From Planctomycetota bacterium (lineage in GTDB: Bacteria; Planctomycetota; PLA2; JAEUHO01): DNA of 64,000 nt. Of this stretch, positions 48,324 to 57,420 are shown piece after piece. The position numbers were made by a program, and so were the translations under genes. A model generated the notes under the pieces. The model searched no databases. It was not told where the DNA came from and saw nothing but the letters and a program-made list of their open reading frames with translations. Positions within the stretch are counted from its first letter, which is position 1. Each line of letters starts with the position of its first letter. The stretch spans positions 64,001-128,000 of the forward strand of contig CBDCTJ010000003.1 of the NCBI GenBank assembly GCA_965222115.1, given 5' to 3'.

Positions 48324-48896
48324 ATGGCCAACGCCCTCATCACCCGCGAGCGCATCGATACCGAAGTGCGCCAAGCCATTGCCACGACACTGCGCAAAGA
48401 GGCCGACGCCATCGATATGAATGCTTCGATCAAGAGCGCGTTGGGGGCCACGTCGCTCGATTTCCTCGACATCAACTTTCGCCTTGAGAACACATTTGGC
48501 GTGCGCTTGGCCAGCCAAATGCTGGTTGACCATGTGGAAGAAGAGTTCGGCGAGGGCATCGCCGTGGACCGCGACGACAAACTCACGGAGAGTGCGGCGA
48601 CGCTAATGCGCATGTACCTCGGTGACAACGACGACCTAAAAGCAGGCATGTTTCGCGATGAGATTCCGGACTTGGTTACTCCCAAAATCATTGCCGAAAG
48701 TGTCGAAGCCATCGTCGGTGAACTACCGGAGGCTTGTCCTTCTTGTGGTGCCTCGTCATGGGGATCTGCGGACGGCGCGAAGGTCATCTGCACGAACTGC
48801 AACAAAGACGCGGCCTACCCCGACGGCGACGAGTTGACCAAACGCTGGATTCACAAGGTCCAGAACGAACGTAAGCTCTTCGCGCTCGACGCATAG
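48324..48896 (+). CDS. Extended acyl carrier protein with C-terminal CxxC-x14-CxxC
   Basis: LGATSLDFLDINFRLE phosphopantetheine-site motif; CPSC...CTNC; GGAGG RBS. Confidence 0.8.
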   Translation: MANALITRERIDTEVRQAIATTLRKEADAIDMNASIKSALGATSLDFLDINFRLENTFGVRLASQMLVDHVEEEFGEGIAVDRDDKLTESAATLMRMYLGDNDDLKAGMFRDEIPDLVTPKIIAESVEAIVGELPEACPSCGASSWGSADGAKVICTNCNKDAAYPDGDELTKRWIHKVQNERKLFALDA

Positions 48897-48936
48897 CGCC
48901 GTCGATCGACCAACGAAAGACGGGGCACACCCCACA

Positions 48937-50229
48937 GTGAGCGCCACGCCATCACGATCCGCCGAGCAACGCGTGGTGGTGACGTCATGGGGCATGGTGT
49001 CGTCGGCTGGCGCCACCTTGGACGAGAGTTTCGCCGCCATGCGCGAGGGCCGCTCGGGGATTGGGCATCTCACGCGCTTTACGCCCGAGGGCTTACCGTG
49101 CGGCATCGCGGGCGAGGTAGATGTCGCACGGCTGTCGCCTGAGTGTGCGGATGACGTAGACGCGGGCACTGCGTGGCGGATGTTACGCACGGCTGCCGAA
49201 CAGGCCCACATCCAAGACACGTTGGCCACGCTCCACGTGCGCCCAGAACGCATTGCGGTCTCCATCGGTGGGCACGGCGAGACACCGGCAATGAGCGACA
49301 TTGTGCGGGCTTCGGGTTACGTGCAAGCCGATGACAAGCTTGACGCGGGCGCCTTGGCCGCAGACGCGTCCTACAATTTTCGACAGTTTCGTACGCGCCT
49401 TCCCGATGAAGCGCCCTATCAACTAGCACGCACGCATGGCATTGAAGGTCCGGTAGTCCCCGTCGCGTCTGCATGTGCCGCCGGCACGCACGCAATTGGC
49501 GAAGGCATGCGCATGATTCGCGCGGGCGACGCCGACGTCGTACTTGCGGGCGGTGCCGAACCGCTGCTCTCCTTTGTTTACGTCATGGGCTTTGCAATTC
49601 TCGGTGCCCTCAGTCGCCGCTACACTTCGCCCGAGACGGCCTCGCGCCCCTTCGACCGTAAACGCAACGGCTTTGTGATTGCCGAGGGCGCCGGCGTAAT
49701 GGTGCTGATGTCCCTAGAGCGCGCGCAAAAACACAATCTGCCGGTGCTGGGTGAGATTTTGGGATTCGGTAGCAGCGCCGACTGCTATCGCATTACGGAT
49801 ATGCACCCGGAAGGCGATGGCGCACTTCGCGCCATGCGCGGCGCACTTCGCGATGCGCGGCTCGAGCCGCGTGACGTTGACTACATCAATGCCCACGGAA
49901 CAAGTACACCCATCAACGATCCCGTTGAAACGAAGGCCATTCGGCGTCTATTGGGCGAACGTGCAGACCATGTTCCCGTGTCGTCGAATAAATCGATGAT
50001 CGGTCACACGATTGGCGCGGCGGGCGCCGTCGAAGCGCTCTTAACACTGCGCGGTATGCAGGAGGGCGTGCTCCTACCCACCATCAATCAAGAGTTTCGC
50101 GACCGCAAATGCGACTTGGACTATGTCCCCAATGAAGCGCGTGAGCAAGAACACCGCGTGGCACTCTCCAACTCATTTGGGTTCGGGGGTCAAAACGCGT
50201 GCCTTTGCCTCGGCGCGGCACCGGCATAA
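48937..50229 (+). CDS. fabF: Beta-ketoacyl-ACP synthase II (FabF family, catalytic)
   Basis: SACAAG, NAHGTST, GHTIGAAG, SNSFGFGG. Confidence 0.88.
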   Translation: MSATPSRSAEQRVVVTSWGMVSSAGATLDESFAAMREGRSGIGHLTRFTPEGLPCGIAGEVDVARLSPECADDVDAGTAWRMLRTAAEQAHIQDTLATLHVRPERIAVSIGGHGETPAMSDIVRASGYVQADDKLDAGALAADASYNFRQFRTRLPDEAPYQLARTHGIEGPVVPVASACAAGTHAIGEGMRMIRAGDADVVLAGGAEPLLSFVYVMGFAILGALSRRYTSPETASRPFDRKRNGFVIAEGAGVMVLMSLERAQKHNLPVLGEILGFGSSADCYRITDMHPEGDGALRAMRGALRDARLEPRDVDYINAHGTSTPINDPVETKAIRRLLGERADHVPVSSNKSMIGHTIGAAGAVEALLTLRGMQEGVLLPTINQEFRDRKCDLDYVPNEAREQEHRVALSNSFGFGGQNACLCLGAAPA

Positions 50230-50235
50230 CGCGCA

Positions 50236-51352
50236 ATGACAACGTCTGACGAACCGCCACGTGTTGGCATCGCAGCGACTGCCGTTTGCACGCCCGCCGC
50301 GCGTTCAGTCCCTGCACTGGTCGATCGTCTCAAGCGCGGGCCATCAACCGTCGTTGCCCTGAGTGATTGTGATGTGCCTGCCGGAGCCCCGACCAAGGGC
50401 GCTCGCTTTTCGCCACCCATCCACGTGGATGTTGACGATCCTGAGAAGCGCATCCTTGGTTTTCACGGCACGCTCTTGATGGAACTTGCCGCCGAACTGG
50501 CGCCGCATGTGGAGGCACGTGACCTGGCGCCAGAACGCGTGGGACTCTATGCCGCGCTCGGAATGATCGACGCAAGCCCGCAAGATCTCGAAGCGGCCGC
50601 CAAGACGCTGAAGTCAAACGCAAACGGCGATCCTACGTTTGACGACTTCTTCGATGGTGGCTATCGGACCATTCATCCACTCTGGCCACTCTCCATGCTC
50701 AACAATGTGGCGCTTGGGCAGGTGTCGATTGCATTCAATATCCGTGGGGACAACGCGGTGTTCGCGTCTGGATGGGATAGTGGCGTGCGCGCGCTGCATG
50801 AAGCGACACGCGCAATCCGAATGCATCGCATCGACGCGGCGTATGTGCTTGGTGCGGCACCGCCAATCGACGAACGATCACTTACGCGATTGGCTCTGCT
50901 GCCTCGCGGGGCTCCGAATCCGGGCGAAGGTGCCGCAGGCTGCTTACTTGTAAACAAATCGCTCGCGTCCGTCGCGCACCTGACCGGGTCAGCAACGGCC
51001 TTTGCAGATCCAAGGGGTCACGCCGGAAACAGGCCGCGCGGTAGGTGAAGCGCTACGGCGACGTGCAGTGGGTATCACGACGCCCTTGAAAAGCAGCTCG
51101 CCGGGTCTGGTCATGACGTCGCAAAACGCGTTGAACAACGCCGTCTTGCAGGCGTGGCGTGACTACGAATCGGACGCCGCACTCGACGACCTATGTGGAA
51201 ATCTCGGGCCTGCCGGTGCGCTCCTGTCACTGGCCGTTGCAGTAGAGCGATTGAGCAAAGCGGAAGCGATCGATTCGGCAGTGGACCATGTCTGGATTGT
51301 GGGGGACGATGTGCATGGCGGCGTAGGTGCCGTGCGGGTTGAAGCGTCGTGA
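50236..51352 (+). pseudogene. Non-catalytic ketosynthase-like (chain-length-factor-like) gene split by a +1 frameshift near 51010-51045
   Basis: HPLWPLSMLNN and PGEGAAG in 50236..51048; KS C-terminal GNLGPAGALL in overlapping ORF 51002..51352. Confidence 0.65.
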
Positions 51353-51789
51353 GATTCCTCTTATTCGATTCCGTAACGCTGCTCGATCCCGGTAGGCGAA
51401 TTGAAGGCGTGAAGTGCACGTCGATTACCGAGGAATACCTCCGTGGTCACTTTGATCGTTCGCCGCGTATACCGGGCTCACTGATCATTGAATCCATGAT
51501 TCAGTTGCTGGCATGGGCGGCCATTTCCAAGCACGACTACCGAGTGTCGGCTGTACTCACGATTTTGGAGGATGTCACCGTTCCCATCGATGTGGCGCCA
51601 GGCCAAGTACTTAAGCTTATAGGCACACTTCAAGGAACCAATCGCAGCGGATCGGTGGGATCCGCAACAGCGCACATAGGTGAAAGGGAAGTTGCCCGCG
51701 TTGGCCGGGTTGTGTACGGCCACGCACCCCATGCAGACCCCGAAGAACTCAAAGCGCGCTTTCGCTACTTTGGTGGAACCCCAGCATGA
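51349..51789 (+). CDS. FabA/FabZ-family dehydratase
   Basis: FLLFD, GHF...PGSLIIESMIQ. Confidence 0.82.
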   Translation: MRFLLFDSVTLLDPGRRIEGVKCTSITEEYLRGHFDRSPRIPGSLIIESMIQLLAWAAISKHDYRVSAVLTILEDVTVPIDVAPGQVLKLIGTLQGTNRSGSVGSATAHIGEREVARVGRVVYGHAPHADPEELKARFRYFGGTPA

Positions 51790-53030
51790 AATGCGTCGTG
51801 GTCACAGGACTCGGCACGGTGACACCGCTCGGGCGCGATCCCGAACGCGTGTTTACGCGATTGGTGGATGGCGAGATTGCTGTTGACGCGCCACGACGCC
51901 ACGCCCATCCCGCCGTTCCCACACGAGCCGTGGGTGAAGTGCCTGCGGCACTTGTAGATCAACTTGCGACCGAGTTTCCGGCGATGGCAGAGCTAAAGGA
52001 TCGGCGAACGCTCTTTGGTTACGCAGCGGGCATTGATGCACTGCGCCACGCGGGCATCGAATCGGGTGAACATGTTCACGCAGGTGTGTTCTTGGGATCG
52101 GGACCCGGCGTGCAGCGGCTTGAAGACGTCGGGCAAACCGCGACCGACGTATCAAAGACCCATGGCGGTTCGCTCTTGCGACACAACGTGGAGCGGCCAG
52201 CGCATGCAATCGCGTCGGCATGGGGCATTCGAGGACCCGTACACACCGTCACAACCGCTTGTTCAGCATCCAATCAAGCGCTTGGGTGTGCCTACCGAGC
52301 GGTGGCCAGCGGGGAACTTGAATGGGCCGTGGCTGGCGGCGCCGACTCCATGGTGCACCCATTGGGCCTCGTGTTCTTTGTCTTGCTCGGTGCCTCGGCG
52401 CAAGTCGATACGTCAAACCCTGCGGCAGCGGGTCGTCCCTTTGATCGCAAACGCACCGGACTGGTCATGGGCGAAGGTGCGGGCTGTGTCGTTTTGGAAC
52501 GAGAAGACCGCGCGCGCGCCCGCGGTGCAACCATCTACGCAGAAGTCACGGGCTACGGATCGTCCCTCGACGCACACCGCGCAACGGCACCGCCGCGAGA
52601 CGGACGCGGTGCCGCAGAAGCCATGTCGGGCGCATTGGGATCTCATATGGACCCAACGGACGTCGATTTTGTCAATGCCCACGGCACCGGGACCAAACGC
52701 AACGATCCCGCCGAAGTGCGGGCCATTCGTACGGTATTTGGCGACCACGCGCACAAGTTGGCCGTGGTGAGCAGCAAAGGCGCAATGGGGCATCTTCTCT
52801 CTGCGGCAGCGGGCGTTGCTTTCGTATGTTCGGTGCTCACCGTCCGACACGGTCGTGTGCCCCCCACGGCAAACTGCGATGATCCCGATAGTCTTTGTGA
52901 CTTGGACTTCGTTCGCGAAGGCCGCGCGATGCCTGTGCGCGCCGCGCTCAACAACTCATTTGCCTTTGGCGGTCAGAACGCCTGCGTGGCCCTGAAGCGC
53001 TACGAACCCTCGAAAGATCAACTCCGATGA
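51786..53030 (+). CDS. Second catalytic beta-ketoacyl-ACP synthase (FabF family)
   Basis: [28 protein letters not shown]. Confidence 0.88.
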   Translation: MKCVVVTGLGTVTPLGRDPERVFTRLVDGEIAVDAPRRHAHPAVPTRAVGEVPAALVDQLATEFPAMAELKDRRTLFGYAAGIDALRHAGIESGEHVHAGVFLGSGPGVQRLEDVGQTATDVSKTHGGSLLRHNVERPAHAIASAWGIRGPVHTVTTACSASNQALGCAYRAVASGELEWAVAGGADSMVHPLGLVFFVLLGASAQVDTSNPAAAGRPFDRKRTGLVMGEGAGCVVLEREDRARARGATIYAEVTGYGSSLDAHRATAPPRDGRGAAEAMSGALGSHMDPTDVDFVNAHGTGTKRNDPAEVRAIRTVFGDHAHKLAVVSSKGAMGHLLSAAAGVAFVCSVLTVRHGRVPPTANCDDPDSLCDLDFVREGRAMPVRAALNNSFAFGGQNACVALKRYEPSKDQLR

Positions 53031-53776
53031 ACGCGGATGCATCCCTTGACGGTCAAGTTGCCTTGGTCACCGGCGGCGCACGGGGCATTGGCGCTGCAAT
53101 TTCGCGACGGCTCGCCGCGGCGGGCGCAAACGTCGTCGTCAACTACGCGTCATCGGAAGCAGACGCTTCGGCCCTGTGCGACGAACTTGGTGAAGGTGTC
53201 AGTAAGATCAAAGCCGACGTCGCGTCACGTGAAGACGTGGAGGCCATGTTCGCCTCGGTGCTCGAAAAACATGGCCAGCTCGACATCGTTGTCAACAATG
53301 CGGGCATTGTGCGCGACGGGCTCGTTGCCACCATGCGTGACGCCGATTGGAAGCGCGTGCTCGACGTTGATCTCGACGGGGTGTTTTATTGTTCGCAAAT
53401 GGCAATTCGACACATGATTCGCGCTCGCGCGGGCTCAATTGTCAACATTGCGTCCATTAGCGCGATTCGCGGTGGTGCCGGACAGGCCAACTATGCTGCA
53501 GCGAAGGGAGCCGTTGTCTCGTTTACTCGCGCATGCGCTCTAGAAGTGGCCTCGCGCGGCATTCGACTCAATGCCGTATTGCCCGGTTTCATCGACACCG
53601 ATATGACCAAAACCATCAAACGACGGGCGGGCGACGAAGTCCTTGCACGCATTCCTGTCGGTCGATTTGGTACGCCGGAAGACGTGGGCGGCCTTGTTGC
53701 TTTCCTCTGTAGCGCGGAGGCGTCCTACATTACGGGCCAAGCCATTTGCGTAGACGGAGGGCTTTCGGTCGCATGA
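53027..53776 (+). CDS. fabG: 3-oxoacyl-ACP reductase
   Basis: [33 protein letters not shown]. Confidence 0.9.
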   Translation: MNADASLDGQVALVTGGARGIGAAISRRLAAAGANVVVNYASSEADASALCDELGEGVSKIKADVASREDVEAMFASVLEKHGQLDIVVNNAGIVRDGLVATMRDADWKRVLDVDLDGVFYCSQMAIRHMIRARAGSIVNIASISAIRGGAGQANYAAAKGAVVSFTRACALEVASRGIRLNAVLPGFIDTDMTKTIKRRAGDEVLARIPVGRFGTPEDVGGLVAFLCSAEASYITGQAICVDGGLSVA

Positions 53777-54171
53777 AGACGCTGTATCACGGCATCGATC
53801 TGGTAAGCGTACCGCGCCTACGGCGTTCGCTAGGTGCTCATCCTCAGTTTGCAGAGCGAGTATTTACGGGTCGAGAGCGCGACTATTGCAACTCGCGCCA
53901 ACAACCCGAGCAATCGTTCGCCGCCCGGTTTGCGGCCAAGGAAGCCACGCTAAAAATGCTTGGCTTGGGGCTATCGGCAATTGGCATTCACCGCGACCTG
54001 AAGTCCATTGAAGTTGTCCGCGAGGGTGGTGCACCGCGCATTGTGCTCTCCGATCGCGTTGCCAAACGTGCCAGGCAGCTAGGCCTCTACGAAACATCAC
54101 TTTCATTGAGTCACGATGGCGACCACGCAATGGCGTCGATCGTCGGCTTTGCGCGCGAGGGCGGCGCATGA
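53773..54171 (+). CDS. acpS: Holo-ACP synthase (phosphopantetheinyl transferase)
   Basis: [19 protein letters not shown]; ATGA overlap with fabG. Confidence 0.9.
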   Translation: MKTLYHGIDLVSVPRLRRSLGAHPQFAERVFTGRERDYCNSRQQPEQSFAARFAAKEATLKMLGLGLSAIGIHRDLKSIEVVREGGAPRIVLSDRVAKRARQLGLYETSLSLSHDGDHAMASIVGFAREGGA

Positions 54172-54620
54172 GGTTTCGCTTGGTAGACCGCATTGATGGC
54201 GTGGAAGCGCAGCGCATCGTTGGCGCCAAACTTATTGCGCAGAGCGAGGACATCCTGGAATGGCACTTTCCGGAGAAGGCGATCTTCCCTGGGACCATGA
54301 TTTTGGAAGCGTGTGTCCAGTTGGCGGGGTGGTGGCACGCGCACCATACGAGCTTCTCTGAGTGGCTGCTCTTACGCCACGTGGAGAGTGCGCGCTACAA
54401 CGAAATGTGTACGCCGGGCGATCAACTCGATCTTGCGTTGGACATCGCGTCGGAGGCGCCCAACGAGTACGGCATTGGTTTCGTGGCTCGCGTCTCATGT
54501 GGCGAGTCACAGCGCGCCGAACTACGGTTCCGGGCGACCCCCGTCCCCATGGATGACCTTAGCGAGGCCGATAAGCGCAAGCGTGAGTACGAAGAGTTGA
54601 GAGGCAATACCCCGGAATGA
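54168..54620 (+). CDS. Second FabA/FabZ-family dehydratase
   Basis: FRLVDRI, WHFP...PGTMILEACVQ. Confidence 0.82.
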   Translation: MRFRLVDRIDGVEAQRIVGAKLIAQSEDILEWHFPEKAIFPGTMILEACVQLAGWWHAHHTSFSEWLLLRHVESARYNEMCTPGDQLDLALDIASEAPNEYGIGFVARVSCGESQRAELRFRATPVPMDDLSEADKRKREYEELRGNTPE

Positions 54621-55696
54621 ACGAGCACGACGTAATCATTTCCGGGATTGGCGTCATATCGGGGCTCGCGCGCAATGCACCGGCCCATATTGATGCATTG
54701 GCTCTCGGAACCTCGGCACTGCAAGCGGACCCCATGGGCAGCGAAGGGACACAGTGGGCGCCCATGGAAGCGCCGGTACTTCGCAACTCAGTCCCCGATG
54801 CCTTAGAGACCCAGGTTCGTTTCCTCAATCGGGCTGGCGAGGCCGCCGTGGAAGCTGCGCGGGAAGCCATGCTCCATGCCCAACTGGCGACGGAAGCGAG
54901 CGTCGCCGACACAGAAGATCCGCACCCCCGTCGCGGGCTGTTCTTAGCTCAAGTCGATGGTTCCAACTGGGACTGCAACGAGTTTTGGCCGTCGGTGTTG
55001 CAGGCGCCGCGCTATGCCGACGGCGAACCCACACAGGAATCCTACAACCGCGCAGCCGCGCGCCACGTCAAGCCCTACTTCATTCTCGAAGACCTTAAGA
55101 ACAATGCGTTCAGTTTCATTGCCACGTGGTTTGGTCTGGGTGGCGCCAATTCAAGCGCAACGGGCTACGCCGGGCCTGCCCTGACCCTTGTCAATATGGC
55201 CGCGCGTTCGATTCGCCTGGGCGAGCTGGACGTCGCACTTGTGGTCGCAGCCGCCAATCCGCTGGATGCCATCGCACGTGCGGAAGCACGTATGCGACTT
55301 GATCTCCCCTTGTGGTCACCCGGAGAGGGCGGGGCGGCCCTTGTACTTGAGTCCAAGGCTTCGGCTATTGCTCGCGACGTCAACGCGCTCGCCGTCCTTG
55401 ACAAATACCGTGTGCATAGCCTCGGCGACGAATCCTGGGCCGCGATGCTCGATGGCGTGTCGTGCGACGCCTACCTGTCGGCCCGTGTCTCAACACTACC
55501 CAACGCAATTCGCCCCATCGTGAGCTGGGATGCGGCATGGGGCGACATGGCCATGACGAGTGATCTTGCCACGCTGGCACTGGGCGCACAGTCGTTGGCG
55601 TCGAGTTCTGCCTCGGACTCGATCGGCTTGCTTACGCAGGGACTGCGGGGCGAATGTCACGTGCAGACGATTCGGCGGCTGTCCCCCAACGCGTGA
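54617..55696 (+). CDS. Second non-catalytic ketosynthase-like protein
   Basis: IISGIGVIS, PYFILEDLKNN, PGEGGAALVLE; no Cys/His/His triad. Confidence 0.7.
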   Translation: MNEHDVIISGIGVISGLARNAPAHIDALALGTSALQADPMGSEGTQWAPMEAPVLRNSVPDALETQVRFLNRAGEAAVEAAREAMLHAQLATEASVADTEDPHPRRGLFLAQVDGSNWDCNEFWPSVLQAPRYADGEPTQESYNRAAARHVKPYFILEDLKNNAFSFIATWFGLGGANSSATGYAGPALTLVNMAARSIRLGELDVALVVAAANPLDAIARAEARMRLDLPLWSPGEGGAALVLESKASAIARDVNALAVLDKYRVHSLGDESWAAMLDGVSCDAYLSARVSTLPNAIRPIVSWDAAWGDMAMTSDLATLALGAQSLASSSASDSIGLLTQGLRGECHVQTIRRLSPNA

Positions 55697-55768
55697 TCCC
55701 CTCTGTGACTCATGCGGTATACTTCGGCTGCCTTCGGCGTGGTTTCGCTGAATGTTGGAGATTGATTC

Positions 55769-56755
55769 ATGACGCGCATGACGCTCGTGTTGTCAGGGAC
55801 TGCCTTGGTCTTTCTACTGACCCTTGGTGCCACCTCGGTTCACGCCAAAGCGGTCGTCGGCGATCGCGCATTCGATTTCGTCGGCAAAGAGTTCGTCAAT
55901 TCCGAGCCGTTTACGTTGGCCGACGTACGGGGCAAGTTGCTGCTCTACGAGTTCATTGGAACCGGCTGAAAGCCCTGCCATCACCAGGTCGTGCACCTGA
56001 ATGAACTTCAAGAAAAATACGGTCCCAAGGGACTTGTGGTCCTGAGCGTATCCAAAGAGCCGCGTTCCAACATCGACGAGTTCGTTGAAAAGACCGACTG
56101 CAAGACGCCCATCATGATCGAGGAGACCAACTCGGCCGATGCGTACGGCGTCACCAGTCTCCCAAGTATGTATGTGATTGGGCCCCGAGGTCGTGTGCTC
56201 TGGAATGGCAACCCCGGTAATCTTCGAGACAGTGAAATTGAAGGTTGGCTGGAAGGCATCCGTCCTACGCCTACATTTCCCAAGGCCATGTCCTCGGTAA
56301 AGAAGGCCTTCGCCAAGTTCAAGTATGCCGACGCGCGCAAGAAGGCACAAGCACTTGTGGACAAGGGCGGTGATGAAGACGTGGTGAGCGCCGCCAAAGC
56401 AACCGTCGAGTGGATCGATTGGTGGGGCACGGGCGGTCTCGAAGACGCGGCCAAAGACGCGGAGGGCGGCAACCCGTTCGCCGCGTGGGTGCAGTACGAC
56501 GAGATTGCGACGTCGTTCAAGGGTCTTGAAGCGGGAGACAAGGCCAAGGCCGCCATCAAGGAACTGTTGGCCGACAAAGACGCAAAGAACGAAATCAAGG
56601 CCGGCAAGAAGTGGCTCAAACTCGAAGCCAAAGTGCGCGACCTGTCCAAGAAGAAGGCGCTGCGACTCTTGGAACCCTTCGTAAAGAAATATGGAGAGTT
56701 ACGTGCGGCCGCACGTGCCAAGGCGCTGCTTACGAAACTGAAAAGGTCCAAGTAA
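55769..56755 (+). CDS. Exported TlpA/thioredoxin-fold protein with UxxC (putative selenoprotein, TGA at 55967-55969)
   Basis: Two ORFs join in frame across a single TGA: RGKLLLYEFIGTG*KPCHHQVVHLNELQEKYG; signal peptide; hairpin downstream. Confidence 0.85.
55979..56003 (+). promoter_or_regulatory. Candidate SECIS hairpin 1
   Basis: CAGGT-CGTGC-ACCTG stem-loop, extendable by CAT/ATG; loop begins about 20 nt after the TGA. Confidence 0.55.
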
Positions 56756-56767
56756 CGGTTACGCGCT

Positions 56768-57130
56768 TTGACCTCGCTAACCAACCTTCGACCTACGGGC
56801 ATTCGCCTACGTTGGCTCATCGGGTTCGCCGCATTTGCAGCGGCCGTGGCGTGGCTCGCACTTGTCCATGCGAGATCCTGGCCGGTTGCCGCGCGACTCG
56901 CGGTCGTGTTGCCGCTCTTCGTCGGCTTGCTGGGAATGGATCAAGCACGTACCGGGACCTGAGTGCGTCTTGCACAGCAGGGCGTCCGTGAAGGCGACCC
57001 GGGGCTTGTACCCGTCGCAAACGCCGATGAGGCGAAAACGCTCAAACGGCGCGGCCACGCGATTCTCATACGGAGCGCTCTCCTTGCGCTCATGTTCGCT
57101 GTTGTACTTACGTTCGTCCTCCCAGGCTAG
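56768..57130 (+). CDS. Small 3-TM membrane protein with in-frame TGA at 56960-56962 (putative selenoprotein)
   Basis: Reading continues QARTGT*VRLAQQGVREGD...AILIRSALLALMFAVVLTFVLPG to TAG 57128-57130. Confidence 0.7.
56980..57000 (+). promoter_or_regulatory. Candidate SECIS hairpin 2
   Basis: GGGCG(T)CC-GTGAA-GGCG(A)CCC, bulged U, GU-starting loop 25 nt after the TGA. Confidence 0.5.
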
Positions 57131-57420
57131 CCCGGATGTTGCACGAACAAGGTGAATCGCGCGGTTCTCGCTGGTCTTCGTCCCCAATCTCATTGCGGAG
57201 AACCGCTCAGCGATGCTTTTGGCATCGCCTCGGAACCACCGCTTCGATCTTGGACCCGAATCCTCACCGAGAACACCTTGTCATTCTTCGTTCGCATGGA
57301 GTTCGATCACAAGTCCCCAATCCACAACTCCTTGCGTTGCCCCGGACGCGCGCTTCGTGCAACATCCGGGCTAGCGCATGCTTGAACCGGAGGGTTGCGC
57401 GGCGTGTAAGATCGCTCTCG

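Noticed and set aside
51046-51048. TGA ending ORF 50236 as a third Sec codon
   Set aside because: KS-like similarity continues in a different frame and the TGA is not in a Cys-like context
47445-55696. Calling the cluster true ladderane biosynthesis
   Set aside because: No radical SAM/B12 or desaturase-like genes in the window and no anammox markers
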